Below, one piece after another: positions 27,304 through 41,946 of a stretch of DNA of 64,000 bases (the first letter of the stretch is position 1; each line of letters starts with the position of its first letter). A program made the position numbers and the translations under genes. Below the pieces are notes generated by a model. That model worked only from the letters and a program-made list of their open reading frames with translations. It ran no database searches and was not told where the DNA came from. The DNA is from Curvularia clavata (lineage: Eukaryota): positions 5,766,001 to 5,830,000 of the forward strand of contig CP089274.1 of the NCBI GenBank assembly GCA_023920165.1. Reading direction: 5' to 3'.

Positions 27304-28967
27304 AGGGGCTAGTATTTTGTGGTCGGATAATTTTTAATAATAAGACGGTGCGTGGTGGGTGATTAATGGAGAGTAGGAGGAGAGTAGGAGGAGAGAAGGG
27401 TGACTTTTAATGATTGAGATAATATATAGTGGTTGGTAACTTATGAAAACTAGGCGGAAAATATGAAGCTAGGACGTGGGTTTCTTCCAGGTAGTCGAAT
27501 TTAATTTCTATGGGTATTTAGTACGTCGTTCTTGAAATGGATTCTGAGATTAATCTTATGGTTGAGATTTCTTTTATTTTTGTTTACAGAAACGAAGAAA
27601 TATGTTTGGAGGAAATTCAGAGAGAAGGTGCAGTTTCGGGTCAAGGTGAAGATTTAAGAGATTATTGGAGATGTGGACGTTGATAATGGCTTATAAACCA
27701 GGCCAGATTCATAGTCCACGCGTCCGCTCCATAATTCCCGGCTCATGATGCCACTGGAGAAAAGATGCATTTTCTGATCTCAAGGTACCACAAATACCAT
27801 GTAGATCAACTCATGTTAGGTATGGTTCTAATTGTAGCCACAGCTTTCTTATCATTGCCTATGGGGCGTTATGTGTAACGGTGTTAGTCACGTGCACCGA
27901 ATTTCGATGAGGCTCCAATCAAAAGTCGAGTAGAGATTTCATTTCAAAAGCAATCAGCCAATCCAGCAAATATTGACAGAATAACTGGGGCTCTTCAATA
28001 TTTCTGCAACTTATGAAGATGAATGTAGCGGCGGAAACAGGCTGCCGGACACCTCTCCAGACCCAGATCCGACGCTAATGACTCTGTGTCGACCCTTTTT
28101 TTGGTTTTATCACAGGGGCAGCGAGCGCCACAGAAACTGGCTTGCACAAGGCAAAAATTTGAGCAAAGTCTTACCCGGGCTCAACACCTACTAGTGTGGC
28201 TTAGCGCGAAGGAGAACAAGGTCCAGACGCTCTACGTGATGGTGTTCCCCCACGACCACGATGATTGTTGCCACTCTCTCTCATGGTGACACGAAGAATT
28301 GACAGTTGGTCCAAGCATCAGAGAGTGGAGGCGGATGCAACGGCACTTATACAGCGGCGCGCTCCGCAGTGATTGCATAGACGAGTCATGTGACTGTCTG
28401 TATGCGGCGAGCCCCCGTCGAGTTCACATGTCAGTTGACGCCATATTGCGAGCAGGCGGGGGGTATATACGTATATTGTAGTACAGTAGAGTAAGAATGC
28501 GGGCATCAAGTCGTCAAAAAGGGCTCGTCTAGCGACATTGGCAACTCAGTACAGGGGCTGTTTAGCGGCGGATGACGTACCGACAGCCGTTGCAAGGTTG
28601 CCCGACCCACGCTGTCCCGCCAAATTTTTATGCCTCTGCCTACGCGCGCGCCCCGAACAGGCTCAATTCGCTGCTAGCCATGCCATCCTTGCTTATCTCG
28701 TATCCCCGGGCGCAATCACGGTGCGCAAAAGTCAACATCGCGTGCCGTGGCTGCGTGGTTGCGAGACGAGTACATATCTCTCCGCTCCGCCATACCCCAG
28801 CTAGCTCTCCCGGTCGCCATCATCAGTTCGCATTGTCCACCCGCACCGCGCCTGTTCTGTCCTTTTCGCACTCTTGGATCCCTCTCGACACCTGGGCCTT
28901 GCTTCATCTGGACATGGCTCGTTGAGTTTCGCCTGGCCGTTGTTTCCTCGCTCTCGACTTAGGCGCA

Positions 28968-31900
28968 ATGCCTTCTCGACTCTTTGCCCGCGACGCGCCC
29001 GGTGCAGAGGACCAGCAGCACCCATCCATGCCCTTCACCGACGACACTGACTTTGCCCACGACCATGCACACGCTGAGAACGGAGGTCACAGTGTTCCCC
29101 GCCGGATTAGAGGCCAGTCCATTGCTTCCGGTGCTCTCTCGGGATCTTATACGCGCAATCCCATTCGTTCCTTTGCCCACCAGACATCTCATGGCTTTGC
29201 TGGTACGTGTCCGAGGCGCTGTACTACCGCCAATCCCTACTGACTGCCCTGCAGACACCCCACACTATTCGTCCCAAGGCGTGCGCGAGAGAAGCTCCCA
29301 ACTAGCTTCGTACGCCCTCGAAGCCGAAGACTACCAGGACCGACCGCACCGCGACAGCTTTGCTGACACAGACTCGCACGCCGCTCGACCAACCCTTACC
29401 GCATGGGACAGCGATGATGGGCGCATGTCTCAAGACTCTGGCCGCTGGACCGATACCGTCGATGAAAGCGAAGCCGAGACTCCCGAGACTGTCATAGGCC
29501 CACAACAACAAGAACGAAACTTCTTCAGCCCAAAGTCGCGGACCGATGCTGCCCAAGATACCAGCAGCGCACTGCCAAGTGTAGTAGTTCAAGATACTGA
29601 GCGGACCCCGCTGCTTCCACAAGCCAGGCTATCGCGCTCGGACGGCCAACAAAAACAAAGGTCTGCCCTACACGATTCCTGGGAGCCACGGGCCAAATCA
29701 CACCTGCCTCGCCGCCTCACGCAGACCCTTTCTCTTGGTCGCGAGCACGTCCTCGGCATTGGCCGGTCTCTATCGAACCCCGACAACTACACCAAGGATG
29801 CTCTCCTGTCGCGAGCCATTGGGGGTGTCCAAATCACCTGTGCCGTCTTCCTCGGTCTGCTTCTGAATCTCCTCGATGCACTATCTTATGGTTACATTCT
29901 GTTCCCGCTTGGAGCGCCCATCTTCAGTAATACTGGCCCAGATGGCATCTCCATCTTTTTTGTGAGCTGCATCGTGTCGCAATTGTGTTACTCCCTGGGG
30001 TTGTCTGTGTTCAAGGGCGGTGTCGGATCGGAAATGATCGAAGTTGTGCCCTTTTTCCATAAGATGGCTTATTCTATCATGGAACAGATGGACGGAAAAC
30101 CGCCAGAGGCCATCATAGCCACCACCATTGTCTCCTACTGCCTAAGCTCTATTCTAACCGGTCTCATCTTTTTGGCCCTGGGCGCCTTCAAGCTTGGCAA
30201 TCTTGTGAGCTTCTTTCCCAGACACATTCTTATCGGTTGCATTGGCGGAGTGGGCTTTTTCCTGATGGTGACTGGCGTCGAAGTATCGGCTCGTCTCGAG
30301 GGCAACCTCAACTACGACCTCGAAACTCTACACAAGCTGTTTTCCTCGGACACCTGGTACCTTTGGATACTACCTCTTGGCCTTGCCATCACCATCATGG
30401 TATTGCGCAGGCTGTCCAAGAGCCCATTCGTGTTGCCTGCCTTCTTTATCTCTGTATTTGCCATCTTCTATCTTGTTGTAAAAGGTATTCTCCATAAGGA
30501 CTTGGAGCCAGTGCGTAATGCGGGATGGATCTTCGAGATGCCAGAGGCTGGTGTTCAGTTTTACAGATTCTACACCTACTTCAGTAAGTGCCTTGCCAGG
30601 TTCGTAGCAACCAAAATGCTAACGACTCGACAGAATTTGGCAGCGTAGATGCATCAGCGCTCGTCAGCACCATTCCCACTATGTTCGCTCTATCATTCTT
30701 CGGTATCATCCATGTGCCTATCAACGTTCCTGCTCTAGGTGCCGCTGTCAGAGAAGACAATCTTGATGTCAATCGAGAACTGATCGCTCACGGCATCTCA
30801 AACACCTTGTCTGGGTGTGTAGGCAGCATTCAGGTAGGACTAATTACCTCTCTGTTCCGTTCGTTACTAATAGGTCCTAGAACTACCTTGTCTATGCCAA
30901 CAGTGTCATGTTTGTCGACAATGGCGGCAACAGTCGCACGGCTGGTGTCATGCTCGCGCTCGCTACCACTGCCGTCTGGCTAGCTGGACCAGCCATGATT
31001 GGCTATATCCCCATTTGTCTAGTCGGAGCACTCATCTTTCTGCTCGGCATCGACCTGATGAAAGAGGCACTTTGGGACACTTTTGGCAAATGCCACAAGC
31101 TCGAGTACTTGACTATTCTGGTCATCGTCCTCATCATGGGTATTCATGACTTTGTGGTTGGAATCTTTGTCGGTATCGTTCTTGCATGCGTTAGCTACGT
31201 CGTGCAAAGCTCTCGCCATTCAGCCATACGGGCAACCTACAGTGGTATGATTGCCGAGTCTACCGTTCGCCGTCCGCGATCAGACACACGCTACCTCAAT
31301 AAAGTTCGAGGGCAGATCCGAGCCATCAAACTTGGAGGGTTCTTGTTCTTTGGTACAATCGTCTCGGTCGAAGAGTACATGCGCTCCTTGATCGACGATG
31401 ATAACTTTGAGAAGAACCCTATCAGCTTCATCATTGTCGATTTTACGCATGTCACGGACGTCGACTTTTCCAGCTCCGAAGGCTTCCAGCGTATCAACCG
31501 TATCCTGAACACCAAGAACGTCAAGATGATCATCTCAGGCATATCCTTTTCCGATCCTGTTGGACGTGCTCTGCAGAACGTGGGACTCTTGGATGGAGAA
31601 GGAGAAGATGATTGCCCACCACCCCAGATTTTCGAGGACCTCAACACGGCGCTGGAATCTTGCGAGAATGAACTCCTCGAAGTGTTTCACAGACACTGCA
31701 ACAGACGCCCCTCCAAGCAGCAGACGACACCGCCCATGAGCATCTCAGGGGCCAGAGACATTTCTGCGAACGAGCCTGGCTCTCCTACGTCGTTTGGCGC
31801 CAGCTCCCTGAACCCGGTATTCTCGTCGCCTCGACGTGGCGCCCGACTCATTGCCGCACGCTCAACAATGCGCGAGACTGGCGACGACGCCTTCTCCATA

Positions 31901-32404
31901 GCTGACAACGCATCGCAAAACGCAGCGCCAGTACTACCACCGCGCTGGCGAAACTTTGCACAGCCACTCAAGATCATCCTGCAGACATTCGAAGACGTAT
32001 CCTCCAAGAACGAAGATTTCTGGCAAGCCGTTGCGCCCTACTTTGAGCGCAAGGAGTACCCCACCGGTACCGTGCTATACTCTCGTGGCGACGAGCCCGA
32101 CGGCTTCTACATTCTAGAAAAGGGTCGCTTACGAACAGAATACGAGCTTGACCAGGGTAACTTCTTCGAGGTCATCCTACCCGGCACTACATGCGGCGAA
32201 CTCCCCTTCTTTTCCGAAACAGACCGTACGGGAACTGTGGCAGCTGAGAACGACTCGGTAGCGTGGCTGCTTACAAGAGAGAAATATAAGGAGCTGGAGA
32301 AGAAGGATCAGGAGGTGGCGACGGAGTTGTTGAAGGTGGGCTTGAAACTGACAAAGGAGCGTATGGATGCTATTACAAGTTATGTGCTGGTTACTGCGTC
32401 GTAG
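28968..32404 (+). CDS. SulP-STAS-cNMP-binding vacuolar transporter (yeast Ygr125w/Vsb1-like)
   Basis: [48 protein letters not shown] ([10 protein letters not shown]), C-terminal cNMP domain (GELPFFSET); three introns. Confidence 0.9.
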
Positions 32405-32856
32405 ATGGATGTGTTTTGTGTGTGAGTGGAAGGAAGTTGAATTTTCGTCAGGATTGGACCTTGTTTGAATTGCGGATTTTTTCGGTTTGCATAGCGTGTG
32501 GTTGTTGGTGTATTCAATTTAGGAATTTTACACGCCTTCTTTTTTCCCCAATAGTATTGCAAAAATAAAAGATAGCGGAGTTCTTGACTACGACGTATTC
32601 TCGAGTGTATTGCGTGAGTCAAATTAATTATTTGTCTGGACTGGATTCCTCTGAACTTGTTTCGAGAATAAACGTCAACATCGTATCTGTTTTTTTTACC
32701 ATTCGATCCAAGACCCAAAAAAAGATTAAAAAAGAGAAAAGAAAGAACGCAGCCAAAAAAAACAAAAACTCTTATGTGATTTGATCCCAACACTTTCGGT
32801 TCTCAAAGGCCTGGTGAGAGATAAAAAATAACAAAAAGAAAGATCGCAAGATATTC

Positions 32857-32928
32857 TAGCTGCTCTCGGTTTCGATCCGAGGTCCTCCGGGTTATGAGCC
32901 CGGCGCGCTTCCGCTGCGCCAAGCAGCT
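32857..32928 (-). tRNA. Initiator tRNA-Met (CAT)
   Basis: AGCTGCTTGGCGCAGCGGAAGCGCGCCGGGCTCATAACCCGGAGGACCTCGGATCGAAACCGAGAGCAGCTA: A1-U72 pair, GGG/CCC anticodon stem, GATCGAAA T-loop typical of eukaryotic initiator. Confidence 0.96.
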
Positions 32929-33473
32929 TTTGTGAATTGCTTGCAAGCTTGTTGTGCTTGTTGATGAAAGGTCACAAGTTTGTAACATTTATATAGCAAT
33001 AACGTGCAGACGAGGCCATAATCCAAGCGTCGACTGCGTTTTTGCAATTTTTTCTTTTGTCCTGACTTTCTTTAGTGGTTTGTTGAGTGAGTCATGGAGG
33101 GGCTAAGTGGGGTGGGGTGGGTGGGTGGATTATTGGACGTGACGTGACGTGACGCGACGAACATGACTTGTGCGAAAACCAAGACTTGAGAGTGTGTAAC
33201 TTTCTTGTGCGATATCAAACAGTCAAGTGAAACTTGAGATGTGCAATAATTGATCAACAGAAGCGGTGAATTAGACAATGCTCGAGACGTGTCTCTTCTG
33301 AAGCCGTGAATTTTTAAAGAAAAAATTAGGTAAGAAAAAATAAATAAAGGTCTGAAGATTTGGCAATACAAGGAAAACTGGTATATAAAATGAAGGGGTC
33401 TGATAAAATTTTGTTACAACGATGAGAGTGACTGAAGGAAAATAAGTCGACGTCTACCACCCTTCCTCTCTGA

Positions 33474-35139
33474 TTAAATACCCCTGGCCTCACACAAATG
33501 CCCACTCTTACTCAATGTAGTACCCAGACCCTTGTGCACCTCAACCTGGAACCCTTCAAAGGGGATCCTCTCTCCGTCAATGCTGATGTATCCGTCCTTC
33601 TGATCACGGGGTATGATGCGATAAGCGCTAACCTTTTGGTAGTCAACTTGGTCAAGGTCGAAAAATTTGTGATTCTCAATTGCCAACATTGTTTTGACGG
33701 CAGTGGGGCGGGAGAGATCGCCTCGGATACGGACAAGGTCGAGACAGCCGTCGCAAGGAAGGGCACCAGGGAAGAAGTTCGTGTCCGGACCCATGTAGGC
33801 AATGTTTCCGGCATAAAAATTGCCTAGTTTATCGTGGGGAATGAGCTCCCAGCCTTCAGGTAAGGGGTCGTTGACCGTGCCGTATTTGAGAGCGGGCAGA
33901 CCTACGTCTGCAGCAGGGAGGGCACGTTCGTCGGTGTTTTCGGGCTTCTTTGCAGCTTCAGCGCGGTAGGCCTGGCGAATAGCTTCCTTATTGTCGTACT
34001 CGACCTTAACAGCAATGTCGGCGGGGTATACGGTCTTGCTGAAAAGGCGCACGAGGACACCCCAGGTGAAGCGAGCACTTCCCATCCATCGTAGATGTTC
34101 TGTTCCGAGATCGCATTCGGCCACGATACCAACAGACTGAGAGAGGAAAGAAAGAGTACGTTGGCCACCCTGGGTCACCGAAGAAAGGTCCAGGGGCGTG
34201 CGGAGTCCTTTTACGACAGCCAAGGCACCCAGACCTGGATCGTATGTACCGTTGCAGTTGAGACTCAAGGCGTTGCCTGAACCACACGGCAATTGAACTA
34301 CAGCAACCTTGGTCAGGGCTCTTGCAGCATCCGGTCGTTTGCCCAGCCCATTCCAGGCCTCATGTGGTATGCCATCGCCTGAACAGCATGCCACGACATC
34401 GAATGCGTCAATGTCCATGCTCTGCGTAATCTCTACTCCATGGCCGTTGTGTGTTGTCTGCTGCACATCCAGCAGGCATCTGGCGGCGGCGAAGATGGGG
34501 GCAATCTGGTTGTTGTACATTTTGACAGCACCACCCTGTCCTCCGAACGGATTGACAAGCACTTTGATGCGCTTTTGCCGCTGTGCTTTGCCATATGCAT
34601 GGTCAAGGAGTCTCTCTATCCATGCTTCTATTAACTGATTATCTGGTTTATCGATGGTATAGCTGATAGTGGCAGGGCGAACGGATTTGTTGGATATAGG
34701 CTGCGCATAGTGGACGGTAATGCGCCCATCTCCCGCGAGCTCGGCCCAAAGAATGTTGTAAAAAGGGATTGAACGAGTGGATTTGTTCTCTGTATGGAGT
34801 GAGCGGACAATGTGCATTCAGACGTCGTAGTGGTGGTGCTTACTGCCAGCAAGAGGCAGGCCGCAGCAGTTTGCGCTTTTGGCGTCTACGAGGGCTTCGT
34901 CTATAGGGTGTTAACCATGAGGGTTTCGCATAGGCGACTGCTAGGGGCATACCTTCAACGGTGAGGGCATCAGCGCCCAGGGTCAACGAGGCATCTCTGC
35001 CTACAGCGAGCGAGTCGGGGACAGTCGTGGGCTTGTGGGGTTCGGACGCGTGCGACGGCTGTTGTGAGGGAGCGGCATCAGCAATCAGAGGGATGCTGGG
35101 GTCGGTAAAGGCATCGCCGGCGCCGGTTGTCGAGGCCAT
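33474..35139 (-). CDS. Sphingoid long-chain base kinase (Lcb4/Lcb5-like)
   Basis: VLVNPFGGQG, CSGDGIPHE, LPCGSGNAL, LRWMGSARF, ISIDGE; intron near 34950-34900. Confidence 0.92.
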
Positions 35140-35516
35140 GGTTAGTTGTGGATGGTGTCGAGGTTACGCAGCATGCTGCACACAGGATGCGATCACCTCA
35201 GAGGGCCTGCGACGAGTAGTATTAATCCGTATTACTGGCGGCAGCGTTGGTCGCGCTTCAGATGGAAGGCGCGGATCCCTGCGGACATGCGTAGCGCAAT
35301 AAACCCGGGTGGACCCTGCGCTCCCGAGCCGAGGCCCACTGGTGCCAAGGCGTCTGCTGATTGGCTGCACGTGCACATTGAACTGATTTGATTCTGATTT
35401 CTCGCTACCAATGCCATATTAACCTTAGTCGCCTTTGTCACGTGCCATGCTTTCGAGGCATGTGAGGCTCGCACTCGAGTAAGCCCTTTACCTGTTCTGC
35501 AACATTTCTATACATG

Positions 35517-38500
35517 TCATGCCACGCCCACCTTGTTGAGACCCTTGAGCGAACCCAGGCTTAGTGCCAGCCCCTGCGAGCGACTGCGTATGCGCACAAA
35601 GCCGGTAATGGGTCCGTTGTCTCCTTCCTTTTCTATGCTCAGATTGGCAAGAGCATCCTCGCCTGAAGTTCGTTAGTCGCTATCTAGCCCGGGGGGAAAC
35701 GGCAGCACTCACCAAAGACACTCCTGGCGTACAGGTTTGCCGACAGGAACTGGCAATCGCCCTTCATTGACGCCTCGGGCGTCAGGCAGCTCATGTTGGT
35801 GCACGCCATGAGCTGGTTCAGGAACTCGCGCAGGCTCTTGGCCTTGGAGTTGATGTTGACCTTGTTCTCCCACTCAAACTCGGTCCACATGGTCCGGAAC
35901 TGCGTCTCGGTACAGTGCGCCGGCTTGATGTAGTCCATAATGTCGACGTGCACATCGTTGAGAATGACCACGTTCGAGTCAACTCCCTTCTCCCTACTCC
36001 GCATTAGCACATGTTTGGTTGTCACACATTGACACGTGACGCTTACCCTTCGTAGATGATGTTTCCAAAAATGACACCAGTGTCAGTCGATGAAACTAGC
36101 AAGAGTCAGCACCCAAAAGCACAAAACATGGGGCGACAAAACATCTCTCTTACCCTTGATTGTTGCTTGGATGTTGATGAAGTCGTGAGGGCCGACATTC
36201 TGTGTTGAAGGCCGCTCTACTACCTTGAGGTCGCCAAGAGTGGCAAACTCAATCGTAAGGTTCTGCAGCGTCTCGGTCGTCTGGTTGACAAGAAGCACAT
36301 CGAGGACAATGTCGAATTGATGGACCTGCCGATATTAGCACATGCTGTTTGGTCGGTAGTCATATATGTGATATGTCTTACCTTGACGTAAGCTTCAGCG
36401 TACACCGAGTCGGAGAAACCAGTGAGCTGTACAACTCGACTGAGTTTCGATGTGAGGTCTTCGGTTGCGCTGTCACCCCCAGTGGCCCTCTCCAAGTCTT
36501 GGTCAATCTCGTCGATGCCATCCGAATCCTTCTTCTTTAGCTGGCGGATGTTGAACGAGTCATCAACATTGACAGCAGACTTTGCCCTCTCGGAAGCTTC
36601 CTTGGCCGCGCGTTTCTTCTCCTCCGTCTGCACCATGGTCCGGAAAGACTTCCGCGTGTCCTCCAGGAACACAGTCTTGATTTCCTTCTTTTGCGCAAAC
36701 TCCGAAAGCGAGCGCACACATGACATGATACGGTCAACCGAGTCTTCGTCAATCAATGTCTTGACAAAGTGTGACTGTCCCACCCGGATGATGGAAATCA
36801 TAATCAGCATGGCCTCGGCACGAAGGGCGTTTGTGCGAGCAGCATCCTGTGAGATTTCCCCATGCCGCATGACGAGCTTAGTGAGAGTACTCGACAGTAC
36901 GGTGGCAAGGTAGTAGTCGCCGTCCAGGAGGAGTTGTCGCAGCGGGGGCTTCTGCGAGTTCTTGACTGCTTCGAGTTTCGCCTTCGCCGCAGCCGACGAT
37001 GTAAGAGCGCTTTCGGTCGCGTAGGTTCCATCAGCCAGCACCTTTCGCGATCCGGTCGGAGCAGCGGCCTTTGCATGCCCATTGACTTGTTCAGCAGAGT
37101 CCTTGCCTTCCGAGGCATCGTCAAGCAACCTTTGCTCCGAAGCCAGGATTGGGATCTCGCCAAGTGATGAGCGGATACCCTTCCATGCATCCCTGATGTC
37201 TTTGGCTTCCAGAGAAAATTCTCCGATGATCCAGAGCACTCCCCTGTAGACCTTGCCGGCCCGCACTTCGCCAAGGGTCGAAACCAGTCGTTCGATGATT
37301 GAGGCTCTTAGGTCGGGGAACCGCTCCACGACTTCCTTTACGAAAGAAATGACGTCTACCGCAGAAGCGTTGCTGCTCACATCCGAAATGAAGTCCATGA
37401 GCGATCCGACAACACTGGCAGCAACTTCTGGGAACTTGATGGCAGCGGAATGTATCGAGGAGATGAGAAGCGATCGGTACTCGGTGTTCTTCTCATACTG
37501 TTCATCCACTGTCTTCATCAGCTCCTTCTTGAGAAGGAGAACGACCTCTTCGACATTCCTGCTCGAGATCATCTCCATGGCAATGCCGAGCGATTTCTTG
37601 CGTACATCCAAATCCGTGCTAGACAGGACACGAAGAATCTCCATGGTCAAGTCATCCAGTACGCCTTCATTCTTATGCCGCAGCTGATCCACCCGCTCCA
37701 GAACTATCAGCTTAACATTGTTATCGGGTTCCCTAATGGCCAGATCCACAAACTTTGAAGCGGCCGCCTTGACCGCGACTGGGTTGCTCGTGAGTGTGGT
37801 GAGGGCATGTGCAGCTTCGTATATGACAGTCGAAACTTGCGATTCAAGGAGATCGAATATCAGCCGGAGATATCGTGCCTTATTTGAAGGATTGACAATG
37901 GCATCTTTGCGAATAAACTCCAATTCTGCGAGCAGCAGAAGCTCCTCATGGTTTGGTATGGCGTCGAAGACGGTGCTCAGGTATTCGAGGGCCTTCTCGT
38001 GGCTAACGGAAGTTAGGGCGGCAAAAGCGTTGCGTTTGCACGTTGGGTCATTCTCGTCGTCGAGGAATGTGACGAGAAGATCGGGGGCATCTGGCATGAG
38101 CTCGGGAAGATGTGTGAAGATGGATGCAATCGCAAAGGTTGCGTTCTTTCGGACGTATGCGTGTCGGTGTGTGAGGCACTGGCGGACGGGTTCTAGTATT
38201 GCTGTCAGTACGGCGTCTGGGCTCTTATTTGCCAGAACACCTACGTAAGAGTGGCTCTACAAGTTCCGCATCCCGGAGCTTGGTTCTGTCCAAAGCGTTA
38301 GTAGTGTCCAAACAAGTGTCTTCAGTTGCCATACACGAAGCGCAATGTGTTTCCTCGCACGTATTCGTTGGGGGCCTGCAAGTCGAATCGAATCGCATTG
38401 CTATGCCATGGTCAGCAATCATGATCCCTTGTCCCAATGCTCCATAGCAAGATGCACCTACCAAACCAATATCCATTCCTGACGCAGCTTGCCCTGAGCA

Positions 38501-38881
38501 TCGTGCTTAGGGCAGACCTCGAAGAAGAAGTACATGAGCTTCTTCAGGGGCTTCGACTTGCTGGGCATGACGAATCGGATAATGTGCATAAGAAGACCTG
38601 GCTGAGGGTCGCCATTGAGCATAATGGAGAGGATCTTCTTCTGTCGAGTTGTTAGACGGCCAGCTGGAGCAAGGCGGGGCAGTTGCAATTGCGAGGGCGC
38701 ACCATGGTCTCGATCTTCTGCTCATCGCTGCCCTTTTCCAGAGCTGTCTTGAGCTCATTTTGGGATGGAACGTCGGCCGCATTGTCCTGGTGCACCTGTT
38801 GCGCTCCGTCAGCATCTCCGAGCTCCAGACACTGCCAGGTGTTCGTACCAGACTGTACGAGTTCTCTAGAAAGGTCGCCAT
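35517..38881 (-). CDS. SEC26: Coatomer subunit beta (beta-COP)
   Basis: [74 protein letters not shown]; many introns. Confidence 0.95.
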
Positions 38882-39338
38882 GGTGGTGGCGTATTTGGGA
38901 GAGGCGGTCCTGCTCGACGTCTAGGGTATCCAGCTGCAATGGCGTGGCTCTCGCGGCGGCCGTCAATCCTCAGTCTCCGTGGGAGTCCAGAATAAGTGGG
39001 ATGCTACGTGGTTTGATCGGGGTCGGAGGTAGGGAGCGTTGTGCGGCGTCGTGTGGCCGCAGCCTGGCGGGATGGAGAAGGAGGACAGGATTGGCCTGGG
39101 GGGAGAGGTGGCTTCTTTGCTTGGGCGGTGCAGCGCTTCAGTTGTCGGGGTGCATGTGCATACGTCCAGGTGTCTGCTCGAGAAATGGTCCTAGCACAGA
39201 CCACCTCACACTAGGAGCCCTGCCCTCCGCCGAACATCGTGAACGCGGCGACGACTCAACATCAACGAACTGCCCAGCCGACGCGTGCGCAGTAATCACA
39301 CCAGGCAGAGTCCAGCGCAACCACAAGCAACGGACGCC

Positions 39339-40124
39339 ATGAGCACCAACGAGCCATTTTACCTGCGATACTAGTACAGTACCCTGTTTCGGCCGCCAGC
39401 ACGTGTCTGCGACTGACGTTTGTGCAGCTCTGGTCACCAAGGCCGCTTCGGACACGAGTTTCTGGGTCAGTGTTTGTCTGAGATTTTCACTGTAGCAATC
39501 AAGCGCTGACGTGGTGCAGAGTTTGACTTTCGAGTTCTTGGAGATGGCCGTAGCGCATCCGCCCGCTACGCAAACAACTCCAACTATCGCAACGACTCGC
39601 TGATCCGAAAAGAAAGTATGAAGAAAAAAAGAAGCCAGTTTCCTATGATGTCAACCCGCTAATCTCTTCAGTGTGCGTGAGCGATACTTTGGTGGCTGAG
39701 ATTAAGCGTATCGTCAAAGAAAGTGAAATACTCAAGTATGATTCCCCATCACGGCCATGTCAGCGACATGCTAATGTTTGACGCTCAGGGAAGATGACAC
39801 AAAGTGGCCGCAAAAGAACAAGGACGGCCGTCAAGAGCTGGAGATTAGGCTGGGCAGCGAGCACATCTCCTTTGAGGTAGGCTTCTTGCGTGACACGCTA
39901 ACTTCAGTATACTGACCATTTCAACACCAGACTGCGAAGATCGGCTCCCTCCAGGATGTCTCCGAGTCATCGGATCCTGAAGGCCTCCGTGTCTTCTATT
40001 ACCTCGTTCAAGATCTCAAGGCATTGGTCTTTTCTCTAATAGCACTCCACTTCAAGGTAAGCGACTCCTTGCGTGCAGTGCAAACTTTTTTTTTCTGACG
40101 CTGCTACAGATCAAGCCAATCTAA
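39339..40124 (+). CDS. mago: Mago nashi (exon junction complex core), 7 exons, absent from ORF track
   Basis: Spliced by eye: [28 protein letters not shown]...[17 protein letters not shown]...[19 protein letters not shown]...EHISFE-TAKIGSL...[32 protein letters not shown]. Confidence 0.95.
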
Positions 40125-40795
40125 GCTGATGTTGCCAGCTCGTTGTGGCCCCTGGGTCAAGTGATTCCAGGAGAAGAGAGAAGAGGGTTGCCGCGACAAA
40201 CACAGTAGGCGGCATTTCCATTGGCATCGTATGCAGAAGAGCAAGGCGTATGGAGTCTAGCAAAGGAAACGAAAAAGTCTTGGCAGCTGGTTGCATTCGT
40301 CTATGCGTGTGTACTAGGGCGCGCAAGCGTTGGTCCTGGACGCACAGTGGCGGGGGCCGTGGCAGGCTGGCCAATGGCATGGCGTCGAGGCTGCGTGTGT
40401 GGAGGAGGCTGGCTGGATGCGACTACAGGATACGTAGTAATAGACACTTGGACACGCACCGTCGCAACTGACGTGATTCCATGGCTATCGTGGTGGGATA
40501 TCGCTGGCCGTCGGCGCGGAGCGCTTGGCCCCCATACTGGGCCCAAAGCGGCTAGCTAATTTCCCCGCGTAGTTGCAGGCCGTGGATCCACTCATCGCCT
40601 AGACACGTCCGCCGGCCCAAGTCACACCCTTCTCTTAGCAGCCATGCTCCTCCTCGCCACGTCTTTCTGAGCCCTCGAATTTCTCTGATCCCACTGCCCC
40701 TCCATCCCCGTCTCGCCTCGTTTCGTCTCGTCCCATGTGTGATTAATTTGCCCGCCTCGCCGCCAGCCCGTCGCCCCACTCGACTCGAGCGGACA

Positions 40796-41946
40796 ATGCC
40801 GACCCCCGATGATGCCATGGTCTCGCCGGTGGAGCACGAGAGCATCGCCAGCCGCGCGACCTGTCCTCCAGACGAATTGCGCACACGCTCTGCCCATGGG
40901 CCCAGCGACTTGCGACAGCCTGCCCGTGACGGCAATGCTTCTTCTGCTCCCCATGCGCCGACGCAGCAGCCCACTCCACCGCCCCAGGACCCTTCAGAAC
41001 ATGCCCACAGCCCAGCCGATGCGAATACCAAGCCCTCGACCACCGATATAGAATCCCCAGCCAGGGATATCCCCACGCCCATGACAGCCATAGACGATGG
41101 TGCCGAGGAGCAGCGCACATCACAGGCCTCTCCACAGTCGACCATTACGCCCGTTTCGCTCCTCGCCAGCCATGTGTCTTCGCCGTTTCCTGCGCATAGG
41201 GTGTGTTGCAACAAAGTCATCGATGCATATTGATGGGTTTCACTGATGACAAGACAGTTTCTACCAAACTCTTCGTCGTCTCTTCTTCGCCCAGGAAGCC
41301 GCTTTGTCGGCAGTCAAACGTCCGATCGTCAAAAGTACGAAGTCGAGGTCGAGATAAAACATGTCGACATGCGCGAGTCCTTTATATGTGGATACTTGCG
41401 CATCAAAGGTGCGCGCCCCCGTGGCCCCCATGCTGACTTGGGACGAAAAGACTAACTCGTTTGTCTGCAGGGCTAACCGAGGATCATCCCAGCTTAACCA
41501 CGTACTTTGAGGGCGAGATCATTGGAAACAAATACACCTTCATTACACAACACCCCGAATGGGGCTCCAACGAAAAGGTCGACCGCCAGCACTGGGCTCG
41601 TTTCCCCGCCTACAAACCCCTGTCTAAGAACCTGTCGCGCCCCGAGCTGGTGACCAAGGATTGGATGCACAAGGAGCATCTCTTCATGCGCTGGAAAGAG
41701 TACTTCCTTGTGCCCGACCATCGCGTCAGGACAATCAGCGGCGCCAGCTTTGAGGGCTTCTACTACATCTGCTTCAACCAGGTGTCTGGCGGCATTGAGG
41801 GCATCTACTTTCATGCAAAGAGCGAGAGGTGAGTGTCGAGCCTTGCGCTTGGGGTAGGACATGGCTAACAAGGCTCCAGATTCCAGAAGCTGCAACTAGA
41901 ACATGTCCAGGACTTTGGGTGTCAGGGCGCCATCGAGTTCCGATGA
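40796..41946 (+). CDS. GID4: GID complex substrate receptor Gid4/Vid24
   Basis: [64 protein letters not shown]; three introns. Confidence 0.92.

Noticed and set aside
28078..28390. Two TGACTC (Gcn4/CpcA-like) sites upstream of the Vsb1-like gene
   Set aside because: Hexamers 600-900 bp upstream are expected by chance; not supportable without conservation data.
33137..33160. (GACGT)n run, and (CAAGCCTCAA)x3 at ~51782-51811
   Set aside because: Short simple repeats with no supporting evidence of function.
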